This document shows positions 1 through 10,610 of a stretch of DNA of 64,000 bases, piece by piece. The position numbers and the translations under genes were made by a program. The DNA comes from Chiloscyllium plagiosum. Its lineage: Eukaryota. Location: the NCBI RefSeq assembly GCF_004010195.1, contig NC_057711.1, positions 75,021,561-75,085,560 of the forward strand, in the 5' to 3' direction. Within the stretch, counting starts at the first letter, position 1, and each line of letters opens with the position of its first letter. Below the pieces are notes generated by a model. The model was not told where the DNA came from and searched no databases. It saw only the letters and a list, made by a program, of their open reading frames with translations.

Positions 1-697
1 GTTGCTGAACAAAGAGACCTTGGAGTGCAGGTTCATAGCTCCTTGAAAGTGGAGTTGCACGTAGGTAGGATAGTGAAGAAGGCGTTTGGTATGCTTTCCT
101 TTATTGGTCAGAGTATTGAGTACAGGAGTTGGGAGGTCATGTTGCAGCTGCACAGGACATTGGTTAGGTCACTTTTGGAATATTACGTGCAATTCTGGTC
201 TTCTTCCTATTGGAAAGATGTGAAACTTGAAATTGTTCAGAAAAGGTTTACAAGGATGTTGCCAGGTTTACAAGGATTTGAGCTATAGGGAGAGGCTGAA
301 CAGGCTGGGTTTTTTTTTCCCTGGAGCATCAGAGGCTGAAGGGTGATATTATAGAGGTTTACAAAATTATGAGGGGCATGGATAGGGGAGTCTAGAACTA
401 GGGGGCATAGGTTTAGAGTGAGAGGGGAAAGATATAAAAGAGACCTAAGGGGCAACTTTTTCACACAGAGGGTGGTGCGTGTATGGAATGAGCTGCCAGA
501 GGAAGTGGTGTAGGCTGGTACAATTGCAAGATTTAAGAGGCATTTGGATGGGTATATGAACAGGAAGGGTATGGAGGGATATGGGGTGGGTGCTGGCAAG
601 TGGGACTAGATTGGTTTGGGATATTTGGTCAGCATGCACAGGTTGGACTGAAGAGTCTGTTTCCATGCTGTACATCTCTATGACTCAATGACTCTAA
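1..697 (+). mobile_element. CR1/HER1-type LINE, ORF2 C-terminal region and 3' UTR (continues beyond window start)
   Basis: Translation KKAFGMLSFIGQSIEYRSWEVMLQL..RTLVR.LLEY.VQFWS and WNELPEEVV; 3' tail ctgtttccatgctgtacatctctatgactcaatgactct; frameshifts and an internal deletion near 383. Confidence 0.93.
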
Positions 698-709
698 TAG
701 AGCCCAAAT

Positions 710-1030
710 GAAGAGGTGGTTACCGCGAGGTGTGGACTAATTTCTTCTCCCCTCCAATTCTATTTTGATTTAATCCCTACTCTCGCCTTCACTTTTTCAT
801 TCACTTAGGTATTAATGCCCTCGATGAGAATGGCACTGCTTGTCACTGGCCATTTGAGTGGTATTTTTTCCCCTGGTGGTGGTATACGAATAAAGTTCTC
901 TGCACTCAATGTTTCTTCACCGTGTCCTACACTTCCATGCACACGACATGGGTGCTCGGGAGAAATAAGCACTACTGCTATTTGGCAGCAGTGAAGTGTT
1001 TTTTTTTAATAAAAAAGAAATAAATAAATT
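710..1030 (+). mobile_element. Probable 3' end of a Tx1/L1-clade retrotransposon
   Basis: In-frame KRWLPRGVD*FLLPSNSILI* resembles Tx1 ORF2 C-termini (recall); AATAAA near 888, hairpin cactactgc/gcagcagtg near 970-993, then an A-rich tail. Confidence 0.45.
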
Positions 1031-1319
1031 AGAATGAATCATCAGTGAGGAGATTATTGCTGAGCAAGTGCCACTTGATATCATAGTCAAACAAAAACTT
1101 GTATTTTTCGACTGACAATTGACCATAGAGTAATTGGGGGGTAATTCATTGGATTCACATTCCTTCTGCCTTTTGTGCATTTTAAGATAATTGAAGTAAT
1201 AAATAAAGGGCAACAAGATATGAACTGTGTGATTTAAGATTGAGTTAGTGACATATTCATTATTGGTGTGTCTGAAATTTAATAATTAACTGTTAAAATT
1301 ACAATGTTTTTTCCCTTAA

Positions 1320-3845
1320 AATTAGAAATTTAGAAAAATAAAGAAGCAATAGTCAATTCAGCATTTGGTCCACCATTCAATATGATCATATTGAAGATTC
1401 AACTCAGTACTCTGTCCCCACTTTCTCCCCAAAAGCTTTCATCCTTTTACTCGTAAGAACTATAGCTAATGTATTTTTAAAAACATTCAATGTTTTGGTC
1501 TCAACCACTTTCTGGGGCAGAGAATTCCACAGGCTCACCACTCTAGATGAAGAAACTCCTCTTCTCAGTCCTAATTGGCCTAGGTCATACACTTAGACTG
1601 TGGCCACTCGTTCTGGACTCTCTGGTGATTGGGATCATAGAATCCCTACAGTGCGGAAAGAGGCTGCTCAGCCCATCAAATCTGCACTGACCCTCCAAAC
1701 GGCATCCTATCCAAGCCCAGATCCACACCCAACCCTCAAAACACTCCATTTACCAGTTAATCCACTTAACTTACATATCACTGGACACTGTGGGTAATTT
1801 AACAAGGCCAATCCACCTAACCTCCACATCTTTGGACTGTTGGAGGAAACTGGAGCATCCAGCGGGGAGAATATGCAAACTCCATACAGACAGTCACCCA
1901 AAGCTGGAATTAAACTCAAGTCCCTGGTTCTGTGGGTAGCAGTGCTAACCATTGTGCACCTTGCCACTCCAATGTCCTTCCTGTGCCTACCTTGCCCATT
2001 CCTGTTAGAACTTTCTAGGTTTCTTTGATATCCCTCCTCATTCTTCTAAACTCCAGTGAATGTAGGCCTAACAAATCCAGTCTCTCTTCATACATTAGTT
2101 CTGACATCTAAGAAGTCAGTCTGGAAAACCTTTGTTTCACTCTCTCCATAGTTAGAAGGTCCTTCCTCAGATCAAGAGATCCAAACTGCACACAATACTG
2201 CAGGTGCAATCTTACCATGATCCTGTAAAACTGCTGCAAGACGTTCTCTCAATATGAAGGCCAACCTGTCATTCTTCACCACATGATGCAACTGCATGCT
2301 TCCCTTTGGCATACAAGGACACTCAGGCCTTGTTGCATTACCTCTGTTTCCCAATCTATTGTCACTCAGATAATAATCTGCCTTTCTGTTTTTTCTACTA
2401 AAGTGGATAACCTCACATTTATCTACATTGTACTTCATCTGCCATGCATTTTCTCACTCACTAAGCTTCTCCAAATCACACTAAAGTACCGCAGTATCCT
2501 CCTCACAGTTCACCCTTTGACCCAGCTTTGTATTATCTGTAAAGTTGGAGTTATTATGTTTTGTTCGGCTATCTAATTTATTAATGTATATTGTAAATAG
2601 CTGGGGTCCAAGCACGGATCCCTGTGGAACACCACTAGACACAGAATCATAAAGGCCTACAACACAGAAAGGCCCTTTGGCCCATTGTGTCTGTGCCAGT
2701 CAAAAAGAACTACCTAGCTACTGTAAGTCTATTCTAATCACTGTCTGCTACTTGGCAAAAGACCCACCTATTCCTACTGTTTCCTGCCTGCTAACCAATT
2801 TTCTATCCATCTCGGTATACAACTCTTAATCCTATGCACTTTAATTTTACATGTTAATCTCTAATGTTGTATTTTCTTAAAAACCTTCTGAAAGTTCAAG
2901 TAAACCATATCTCCTGGATCCATCTTATCAGTTTTATCAGTTAGATCCTTGAAAAGTTCCAGTAGATTTGTCAAACAGACTTCCTTTTCATAAAATCATG
3001 ATGTTTCTGTCCAATCCTGTCACTGGTTTTCAAGTGTTCGCTCTTAAATCTTTTATAATAGACTATAACAGCTTCCCTCCTGCTGATGTCAGACTAATCC
3101 CTGTACAAGTCTCTGCTTTCTTTCTATTCCTTTTGTTAGTAGTGGGGTTACATTTGCTACCCTTCAATCTATTGGAACTGCTCCACAATCTATAGAGTTT
3201 GAAAGGTGACCAGCATTGCATCAATTATCTCTTGAGCCATTTCCTTAATACTCCAGGATGTCGATTATTGGTCCTTGAGAGTTTATCAGCCTTTACTCCC
3301 ATAAATTTCCCCAATATCATTTCCCTGCCAATACTGATTTCCTTCAGTTCCTTATTCTCACTAGATCTTGTTCTCCCCAACATTTTTGTAATATTATTTT
3401 TACCCTCTTTTGTGAAGATGGTACCGACAAATGTATTGAATTAGTTTGCCATCTTTTTGTTCCTCTTTATAATTTACCCTGTTTCTTCACATACCTACAG
3501 AAAGTTTTAGAATCAGTGTGCATGTTCCCCATAAACTTACTCTCGTACTCCATTTCCCCCTCTTAATCAATCCCTCTTCCTATTATCCTCCTTTGCAAAA
3601 ATCTAAACTGCTCTGAAACCTTAAGTTTGCTATCTTTTTGGCCAAATTTTATGCCCCTTCCTTGAAGCTAATACTATCCCTAATTTCCCTTGTTGGCCAT
3701 GGTTTTGCCACCTCTCCAGTTTTATTTTTGTGACAGACAAGAATGAGCTATTTAAGTTCCTCCATATACTCTTTAAATGTTTGCCATTGCCTGGCTACCA
3801 TCATCCCTTTCAGTAACGTTCACCAATATATCATATCCAGTTACA
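1320..3845 (-). mobile_element. Degenerate CR1 LINE ORF2 (RT to 3' end), interrupted by a SINE and a short LINE tail (about 2640-2737)
   Basis: Minus-strand peptides RVVSLWNSLPQKVVE and MKYNVDKCEVIHFSRKNRKADYYL; many stops. Confidence 0.88.
1636..1966 (-). mobile_element. HE1-like tRNA-derived SINE inserted in CR1
   Basis: Reverse complement has a tRNA-like head (tggttagcactgct), body tgtatggagtttgcatattctcccc and LINE-like tail gcactgtagggattctatga. Confidence 0.85.
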
Positions 3846-3902
3846 TTATGGTAAGGTATTAGTGGCAGTCCCACATCAGAAGTGTTGAGATAAAATCAGC
3901 AT

Positions 3903-4209
3903 GGCACAGTGGCACAGTGGTTAGCACTGCTGCCTCACAACACCAGAGACCTGGGTTCAATTCCCCCCTCAGGCAACTGTCTGTGTGGAGTTTGCACATT
4001 TCCCCTGTGTCTGTGTGGGTTTGCTCCAGTTTCCTCCCACAGTCCAAAAATGTGCAAGGTTAGGTGAATTGGCCATGCTAAATTGCCCGAGGTGTTAGGT
4101 GAAGGGGTAAATATAGGGGAATGGGTCTGGGTGGGTTGCTCTTCGGAGGGTCGGTGTGGACTTGTCGGGCCGAATGGCCTGTTTCCACGCTGTAAGTAAT
4201 CTAATCTAA
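3903..4209 (+). mobile_element. HE1-type tRNA-derived SINE, near full length
   Basis: A-box-like tggcacagtggttagc, B-box-like gggttcaattcc, tail gggccgaatggcctgtttccacgctgtaag(taatc)n. Confidence 0.93.
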
Positions 4210-4369
4210 ACTACTTGAAGATGAATATGTTTAAGCTTAGACACATGATAACTCCTGGAACAAGCTATCAGCCTTTCCAGTGTAGGAGTTAGTCACAGTT
4301 ATCTTAAATCTATTGAGGTGTTAAGAAAGTATTTGCTTCCTCTGGTATGTTTACTCTATAAAGGATAGT

Positions 4370-4677
4370 TTAGATTGAGTTACAGTGTGGAAACAGGCCC
4401 TTCAGCCCAACAAGTCCACACCGACCCGCCGAAGCGCAACCCACCCATACCCCTACATTTACCCCTTACCTAACACTAGGGGCAATTTAGCCTGGCCAAT
4501 TCACCTAACCTGCACATTTTTGGAATGTGGGAGGAAACCGGAGCACCCAGAGGAAACCCACGCAGACACGGGGAGAATGTGCAAACTCCACACAGTCAGT
4601 CGCCTGAGGCGGGAATTGAACCCGGGTCTCTGGCGCTGTGAGGCAGCAGTGCTAACCACTGTGCCACCGTGCCGCCC
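4370..4677 (-). mobile_element. HE1-type SINE, young CpG-rich copy
   Basis: Reverse complement begins gggcggcacggtggcacagtggttagcactgctgcctcacagcgccagagacccgggttcaattcccgcc; same family as 3903-4209. Confidence 0.95.
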
Positions 4678-4934
4678 ACAAGTGTACAAGTTTTTTTTGT
4701 AAGATGTAAAGGAATGTTTTGGGATTAATGGAATTATATTTTTACCATGTGTTGAAACATCTTTGAACTTGTGTTATAAGTGAATAGCTGGTTTATTTTA
4801 ATTTAACATTTTTTTTGGTTAAATAACTTCTGTTTTATTTTTAAAACAACATCTGCAACATTGCTTGCTGATGTTTCATTGACAGACTGCCTTAGTTAAA
4901 CAAAAATGTGATCTATCAAGCTATATGTTTGTGT

Positions 4935-6371
4935 CATCATTGCCTACAGAAATAATGCCAGAAGACTGGAGTGGCAAATGTTGTCCCCTTGTTCAAGAAG
5001 GGGTGTTGAGACAACCCTGGTAATTATAGACCTGTGAGCCTTACTTCAGTTGTAGGCAAAGTTTTGGAAAGGTTATAAGAGATAGGATTTATAATCATCT
5101 CAAAAGGAATAATTTGATGAGAGATAGTCAACACTGTTTCGTGAAAGGTAGGTCGCGCCTCACAAACCTAATTGAGTTCTTTGAGATGGTGAGGGTAAAG
5201 CAGTTGATGTGGTGTATATGGATTTCAGTAAAGTGTTTGATAAGGTTTCTCATGGTAGGCTATTGAAGAAAATATGGTGGCATGGGATTGAAGGTGATTT
5301 AGTGGTTTGGATCAGAAATTGGCTAACTGTAAGAAGACAGAGGGTGGTGGTTGATGGAAAATGTTCATCCTGGACTTCAGCTACTAGTAAGGATCTGTTT
5401 GGGTCCACTGCCATTTGTCATTTTTATAAATGATCTTAATGAGGGCATAGAAAGATGGGTTAGTAAATTTACAGATGACACTCAAGTCAGTGGAGTTGTG
5501 GACAGTGCGGAAGGATGTCGCAGGTTACACAGATAAGCTGTAGAACTGGTCTGAGAGGTGGCAAATGGAGTTTAATGTGGAAAAGTGTGAGGTGAATTCA
5601 CTTTGGAAGGAGTAACAGGAATACAGAGTACTGGGCTAATAGTAAAATACTTGGTAGTGTAGATGACCAGTGAGATCTCGGTGTCCATGTGCATAGATCC
5701 CTGAAAGTTGCCACCCAGGTTGATAGGGTTGTTAAGAAGGCATACAATGCATTAAGCTTTTATTGGTAGAAGGATTGTGTTTCTGAGCCATGAGGTCATG
5801 TTGCAACTGTACCAAAGTCTGGTGTGGCTGCACTTGGAGTATTGCATACAGTTCTTGTCACCACATTATAGGAAGGAGTGGAAGTATTGGAAAGGGTGGA
5901 GAGGATATTTACCAGGATGTTGCCTGATATGGAGGGAAGGTCTTATGAGGAAAGGCTGATGGACTGAGGCTGTTTTCATTAGAGAGAAGAAGGTGAAGAG
6001 GTGACTTAATAGAGACATATAAGATGATCAGAGGATTAGATAGGGTGGACAGTGAGAGCCTTTTTCCTCAGATGTTGATGGCTAGCACAAGGGGACATAG
6101 CTTTAAATTAAGGAGTGATAGATATAGGACAGACGTCAGAGGTAGGTTCTTTACTCAGAGAGTAGTAAGGGCATGGAATGCCCTGCCTGCAACTGTAGTA
6201 GACTCGCCAACATTGAGGGCATTTAAATGGTCATTGGATGGACATATGGATGCTAATGGAATAGTGTAGATTAGATGGGCTTTAGATTGGTTTCACAGGT
6301 TGGCGCAACATCGAGGGTCAAAGGGCCTGTACTGTGCTGTAATGTTCTATGTTCTACGTTCTAAGTTCTAG
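4935..6371 (+). mobile_element. 5'-truncated CR1 LINE (RT domain and 3' UTR)
   Basis: YMDFSKVFDKVSHGRL, WIRNWL.RRQRVVVDG, FINDL..SKFTDDT, WNALPATVV; (gttctat)n-like tail. Confidence 0.93.
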
Positions 6372-7577
6372 GTTTCAGTCTCGGATCTGTATTGTCTAGT
6401 AATAACAACAGCAGGGATCACAACAGTATTGCATTTAACACAGAAGTTTCTTGAACTTCTCAGCTCAAATCCAAAATATATGATGTCAGCAAATGAACAG
6501 CATTATTTAAACAAGGTTTGAACCTCAAAACGACTCAGTCTGTTGATTGACTGCATAAATGTTACATTTATCCTCAGAGTGAGCTATATGAAGGCAAGAC
6601 AGGAATGATATAGTATATTATTTTCAATCTAAACAGGATTGCTTTCACTGGACTAACTATCTTTACTTGTGTTCACTTTCTAAAGTTATTCTTTTTAGTT
6701 ATACTATACACTACACAGGTAAGTCTACCTTATGAATCTCATGAACAACTACTAAAGATGCATTTTCTCTTCATTGACAGAGAACCTTTCTGTCTTTTTC
6801 GAATCAATCTGTTTAATTTTTCCTCTATTCTCATGCCCTGTGGCCACTTTTCCCTTTTATTCCCTAGCTTGTTCGATTCTCCCCAGTGCTTTACATGTTT
6901 TCTTAGCTTGATTATTAGCACTCTGAAATTTTCTGCCTTTCCTCCAGCTAATGTTGTTTGCCCCCGTGTTCTCTATCTCTCCAAGGCAGAATCTGTCTCT
7001 TTACTGTTCTGTTGCTCTCATTCTTGCCACACTGGTTTCTTCCATCTGCTTTCCTCTTGTACTTGCAATGGACATATTCCTGTTACAGTATTTTGTTTCC
7101 ACTGCACACATTTTCACAGAATTCACTGCTACAAGCATTAAACTGTCTGAATGACAGTGACAGATTAGTATTCCATTATGAGTAAATCACTAGCCTTTTC
7201 CATCATATCCAGTTACCATAGTCACTGCATTTGAAAACCTGAAAAACTCTACAGAGTTATCAAGATACATGTGTGTGCACTATTTTGCTGGATTCAAATG
7301 GCATGGACAATGGGGAGGACAACCACAGAAGGACAACTTGTACAAATAGCAATTAAAGCTGTATATTCTTGTACCATAAATACTTGAGTGGGAAACAGTA
7401 ATCCAATAGCCGTTTAATATTGTACAAAGCATTGATTGGCTGCAAATGAGACTTCCATCCCTTGCTTAACAGGGGGTTCCAGCTCAGAAAATTATCAACC
7501 AATATGAAATAAAATCAAAAATGCAGGTTTGCAGCATCCGTAAAGAGTAAAACAGAGTTAACGATTCAAGTCCAACG

Positions 7578-7880
7578 TCATAGAACTGTTTCAGCACAGA
7601 AGAAAGCCATTTGATCCACTGGGTCTGCACAAGCTCTTCAGATGAGCATTATTACCTATAGCCAATTTCTTCCTCTCTTTGCACACTATTTTCATCCAAA
7701 TAATCGTCCAATTACCTCTTCAATGCTTCAATTGAATCTGCCTGCACCACATTTATCAGCAGTACATTTCATACCCTAACTATTCACTGTGTGGAAAGGT
7801 TCTTTTTTCTTGCATCACATTTGCGCCTTTTTCAATCACTTCAAATCAGTGTCCTTTGATTCTTGATTCTTGTACAAGTG
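7578..7880 (-). mobile_element. Old CR1 3' fragment
   Basis: Starts with reverse-complement tail tcatagaactgtttcagcacagaagaaagccattt; decayed WNxL region. Confidence 0.65.
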
Positions 7881-8486
7881 GAAAATTGATCGGAAACCTC
7901 TTAAATTTCACTGAGAATTTTCCACTTCCTTCATTAGTATGTGTCCAATTCTGATTCTGGAACTTTGGATAATCATAGTCTAAGCTGATCCTTGAAAATT
8001 CGGCGCAAAGCACCCATCTCATTTTGGTTGAGCTTTGCTCCTATTTCTAATGGTTCAGGGGATTGACAGCCCGGCAAATTTGAAAATCAACATCGAACCT
8101 CTCTGGCTGAACTAAGGATATAACCATAAAAAATCGGAGCAGAAGTAGACCATACAGCCTCTTGAGTCTGCACCACCTTTCAATCAGACTTGATCTGATT
8201 ATGTTTTGAATTTCATATTCCCATCTACCCCCAACACCCTTTGATTCCTCTGCATATCAAGAATCTATGTATACCTGCCTTAAAATATTTAACGTAAATT
8301 GTAAAATATTCAGGCTCCATCAGGGCACTTCTGCAGGATTCTACTCTTCACCGCCTGCTAATCGGACAAAGTTACATTTATGTATGCTGTTTTCAGCCAG
8401 TCAGCCAATCTTCTGTCAATACTAATAACCCTGCCCCTTACACTATACCATTTTGCTTTCTCTCATAACAATTGATATGGCACCTT

Positions 8487-9161
8487 GCTGAAAATGTGTT
8501 GCTGGAAAAGCGCAGCAGGTCAGGCAGCATCCAAGGAACAGGAGAATCGACGTTTCGGGCATAAGCCCTTCTTCAGGAATGAGAAAAGTGTGTCCAGCAG
8601 GCTAAGATAAAAGGTAGGGAGGAGGGACTTGGGGGAGGGGCGTTGGAATTGCGATAGATGGAGGGAGGTCAAGGTGAGGGTGATAGGCCGGAGTGGGGTG
8701 GGGGCGGAGACCAGTCAGTACCACATCCCATGATAACCAAGCTACTCATACTTGTTGTCAGACAGTATTTTAACAAAGGACAAAACTGTCTTCGATCCTC
8801 CAATCAGGTTGAATTATTGAGATAGTCTGTAAACATAATTATAGAACCACAGAAAAATTATGGTAGAGAAAAGGGCAATTTAGCCTTTCATGTCTGCACT
8901 CATTCTCATCCCATTTTTTAGCTCCTGGTCCGTGCAAGTTACACTGCTTCAGGTGCAGATCCATGTTCAGTTTAAATAAGGTGAGGGCTTCTGTCTCAAC
9001 CACCAAACTGTACAGTGACTTCCAGACACCCTCTGTTTCTCCTTATGTCTCTAACAATAACCTTACATCAGCGTTTCTATCCCTGGTGGTGGGGTCCGTT
9101 TGGAGGTGGTGGAAATGATGGCGGATGATACGTTGTACATGGAGGTTGGTGGGGTGGTAGG
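8487..9161 (-). mobile_element. Penelope-like insertion (terminal repeat plus ORF fragment) with unrelated internal DNA, 14-bp TSD
   Basis: TSD tgatatggcacctt at 8473-8486 and 9162-9175; PLE terminus 8487-8710; 9071-9161 encodes TYHPTNLHVQRIIRHHFHHLQTDPTTRD on minus. Confidence 0.8.
8545..8580 (-). ncRNA. Minimal type-I hammerhead ribozyme motif (family A), intact core
   Basis: Minus strand AUUC-CUGAAGA-A-GGGC-UUAU-GCCC-GAAA-CGUC^GAUU; perfect 4-bp stem II, palindromic ACGU stem III. Confidence 0.8.
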
Positions 9162-9734
9162 TGATATGGCACCTTATCAAGCACTTTCTCAAAATCCAAG
9201 TATTATATGTCTACAGGATTTCATTTATCCACAGTATATGTTGCTCTTTCAAAGAACAACTATAAATTAATCAAACATGACCTCCCTTTGATGAAACTTT
9301 GCTGGTTCTGCCCAAGTACCCTGATTTTTCTTCTAGTGCAGAGATATAATCTCTTTAATGATCAATTCTAACACCTTCCCCATGATAGACTTCAAATTAA
9401 TTGGCCTATAGTGACCTTTTTCTACCTTCTTCCCTTCTTGAATATTTGTTACCTTCCAGTTCAATAGAAATGTTTCTGAATTTAAGGAATTTTGGAAAAT
9501 TAACACCAACACATCCACTAACTCATTACAGTATTAAACACTTTTAAGGCATTAAATTGAAGCTCATCTTGTCAACCTGCATCTCCATCAGCTTGCTTAC
9601 TACAGCTATTACTGGAATTTTCTTTGTATCTTCAAAAATGGAATAGGAGCAAAATATTTATTCATCGCAACTGTCACTTCCTTATTATCTGCGTTTTTAT
9701 ATATATAGATTGAGGTTATCGTTGGGTGGGTCAA

Positions 9735-10050
9735 CATTTAATGGCCATCCTCGATTGCCCAGAGGGCAGTTAAGAGTCAATCAAATAGCTGTAAGTTTGC
9801 AATCATATGTAGGCCAGAGCAGATAAGGATGGCAATTTCCTTCCTTAACGGACATAGTGAACAGGATGGGTTTTATTTCTGACAATCAACAATAAATTCA
9901 TGGTTTTCAGTAGACTCTTAATTCTAGATTTTTATTGGATTCAAATTCCACCGTCTGTAGTGGTGGGATTAGAACCCGGGTCCCCCAAGCATCACCTGGG
10001 TCTCTGGATTAACAGTCCAGCAATAATACCACTAGGTTATTATCTCCTAT
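9735..10050 (-). mobile_element. tRNA-headed SINE-like repeat (same family as about 22275-22510 plus 23290-23335)
   Basis: B-box-like gggttctaatccc on minus; body matches the 22.3 kb copy (aaggaa..aa.tgccatc). Confidence 0.6.
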
Positions 10051-10179
10051 TACTTCACATTAACTCCCTATTCACATTCTCTAGAGGATCAATACTCATT
10101 TTATTCATTATTTTTCCTTTTAAAATATTTGTTAACATCTTTGCTATCTGTTTTTACATTCTTAATCAAGAACTGAAAA

Positions 10180-10610
10180 AGACTGGAAAATGATGGTTTT
10201 ATGTTATTGGTGATGAGAGAGGAGGAGCAAATGGGACAGACAGCATTGTTGCACAGAGCAAATGTCAAAGAGGAATCTAATGCTAGTCGAGGATGAAGAC
10301 TAGGTATTAATTATACCAAGTATACCAAGTATACAAAAAAGGTCAGCTCAGGTGAGAGCAGAACAATCTAAACAAATCACTGATGGGAACAAAGTCGTGT
10401 CATCAAAATGGAGGGTAGCAGTCATGGACTGAAATTGTTGAACTCAGTTTTGGGTCTTAAAGACAGTTATCTGTCCAAGTATCAGCCGAGGGCTCCTCCA
10501 GTTCACGTTGAGTTTTGCTGGAAAAGCTGCAGCAGGCTGAGGACAGAAATGGCAACATCATAGCAAGCTAGTTCTTTGAAATATTAAGCAACTGAAAGCT
10601 CAATCAGATC
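10180..10610 (-). mobile_element. Highly decayed PLE GIY-YIG/terminal fragment
   Basis: Resembles the minus-strand GIY-YIG end seen at 16.8 kb (aaattgttgaactcag...ctgcagcaggctgaggacagaaatggc). Confidence 0.45.

Larger units (their letters stand above)
8120..9690 (-). mobile_element. Fragmented old CR1 LINE hosting the 8487-9161 insertion
   Basis: Minus-strand LNWKVTNI..KGHYRPINLKSIMGKVLELIIKE (9333-9518); host continuous across TSD tgatatggcacctt. Confidence 0.75.

Noticed and set aside
3903..3975. tRNA-like sequence (also at other SINE heads)
   Set aside because: Continuous with SINE body and LINE-derived tail, so not a tRNA gene
7876..7927. 12-bp inverted repeat aagtggaaaatt/aattttccactt
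   Set aside because: Short, AT-rich and at a LINE truncation junction; no evidence of function
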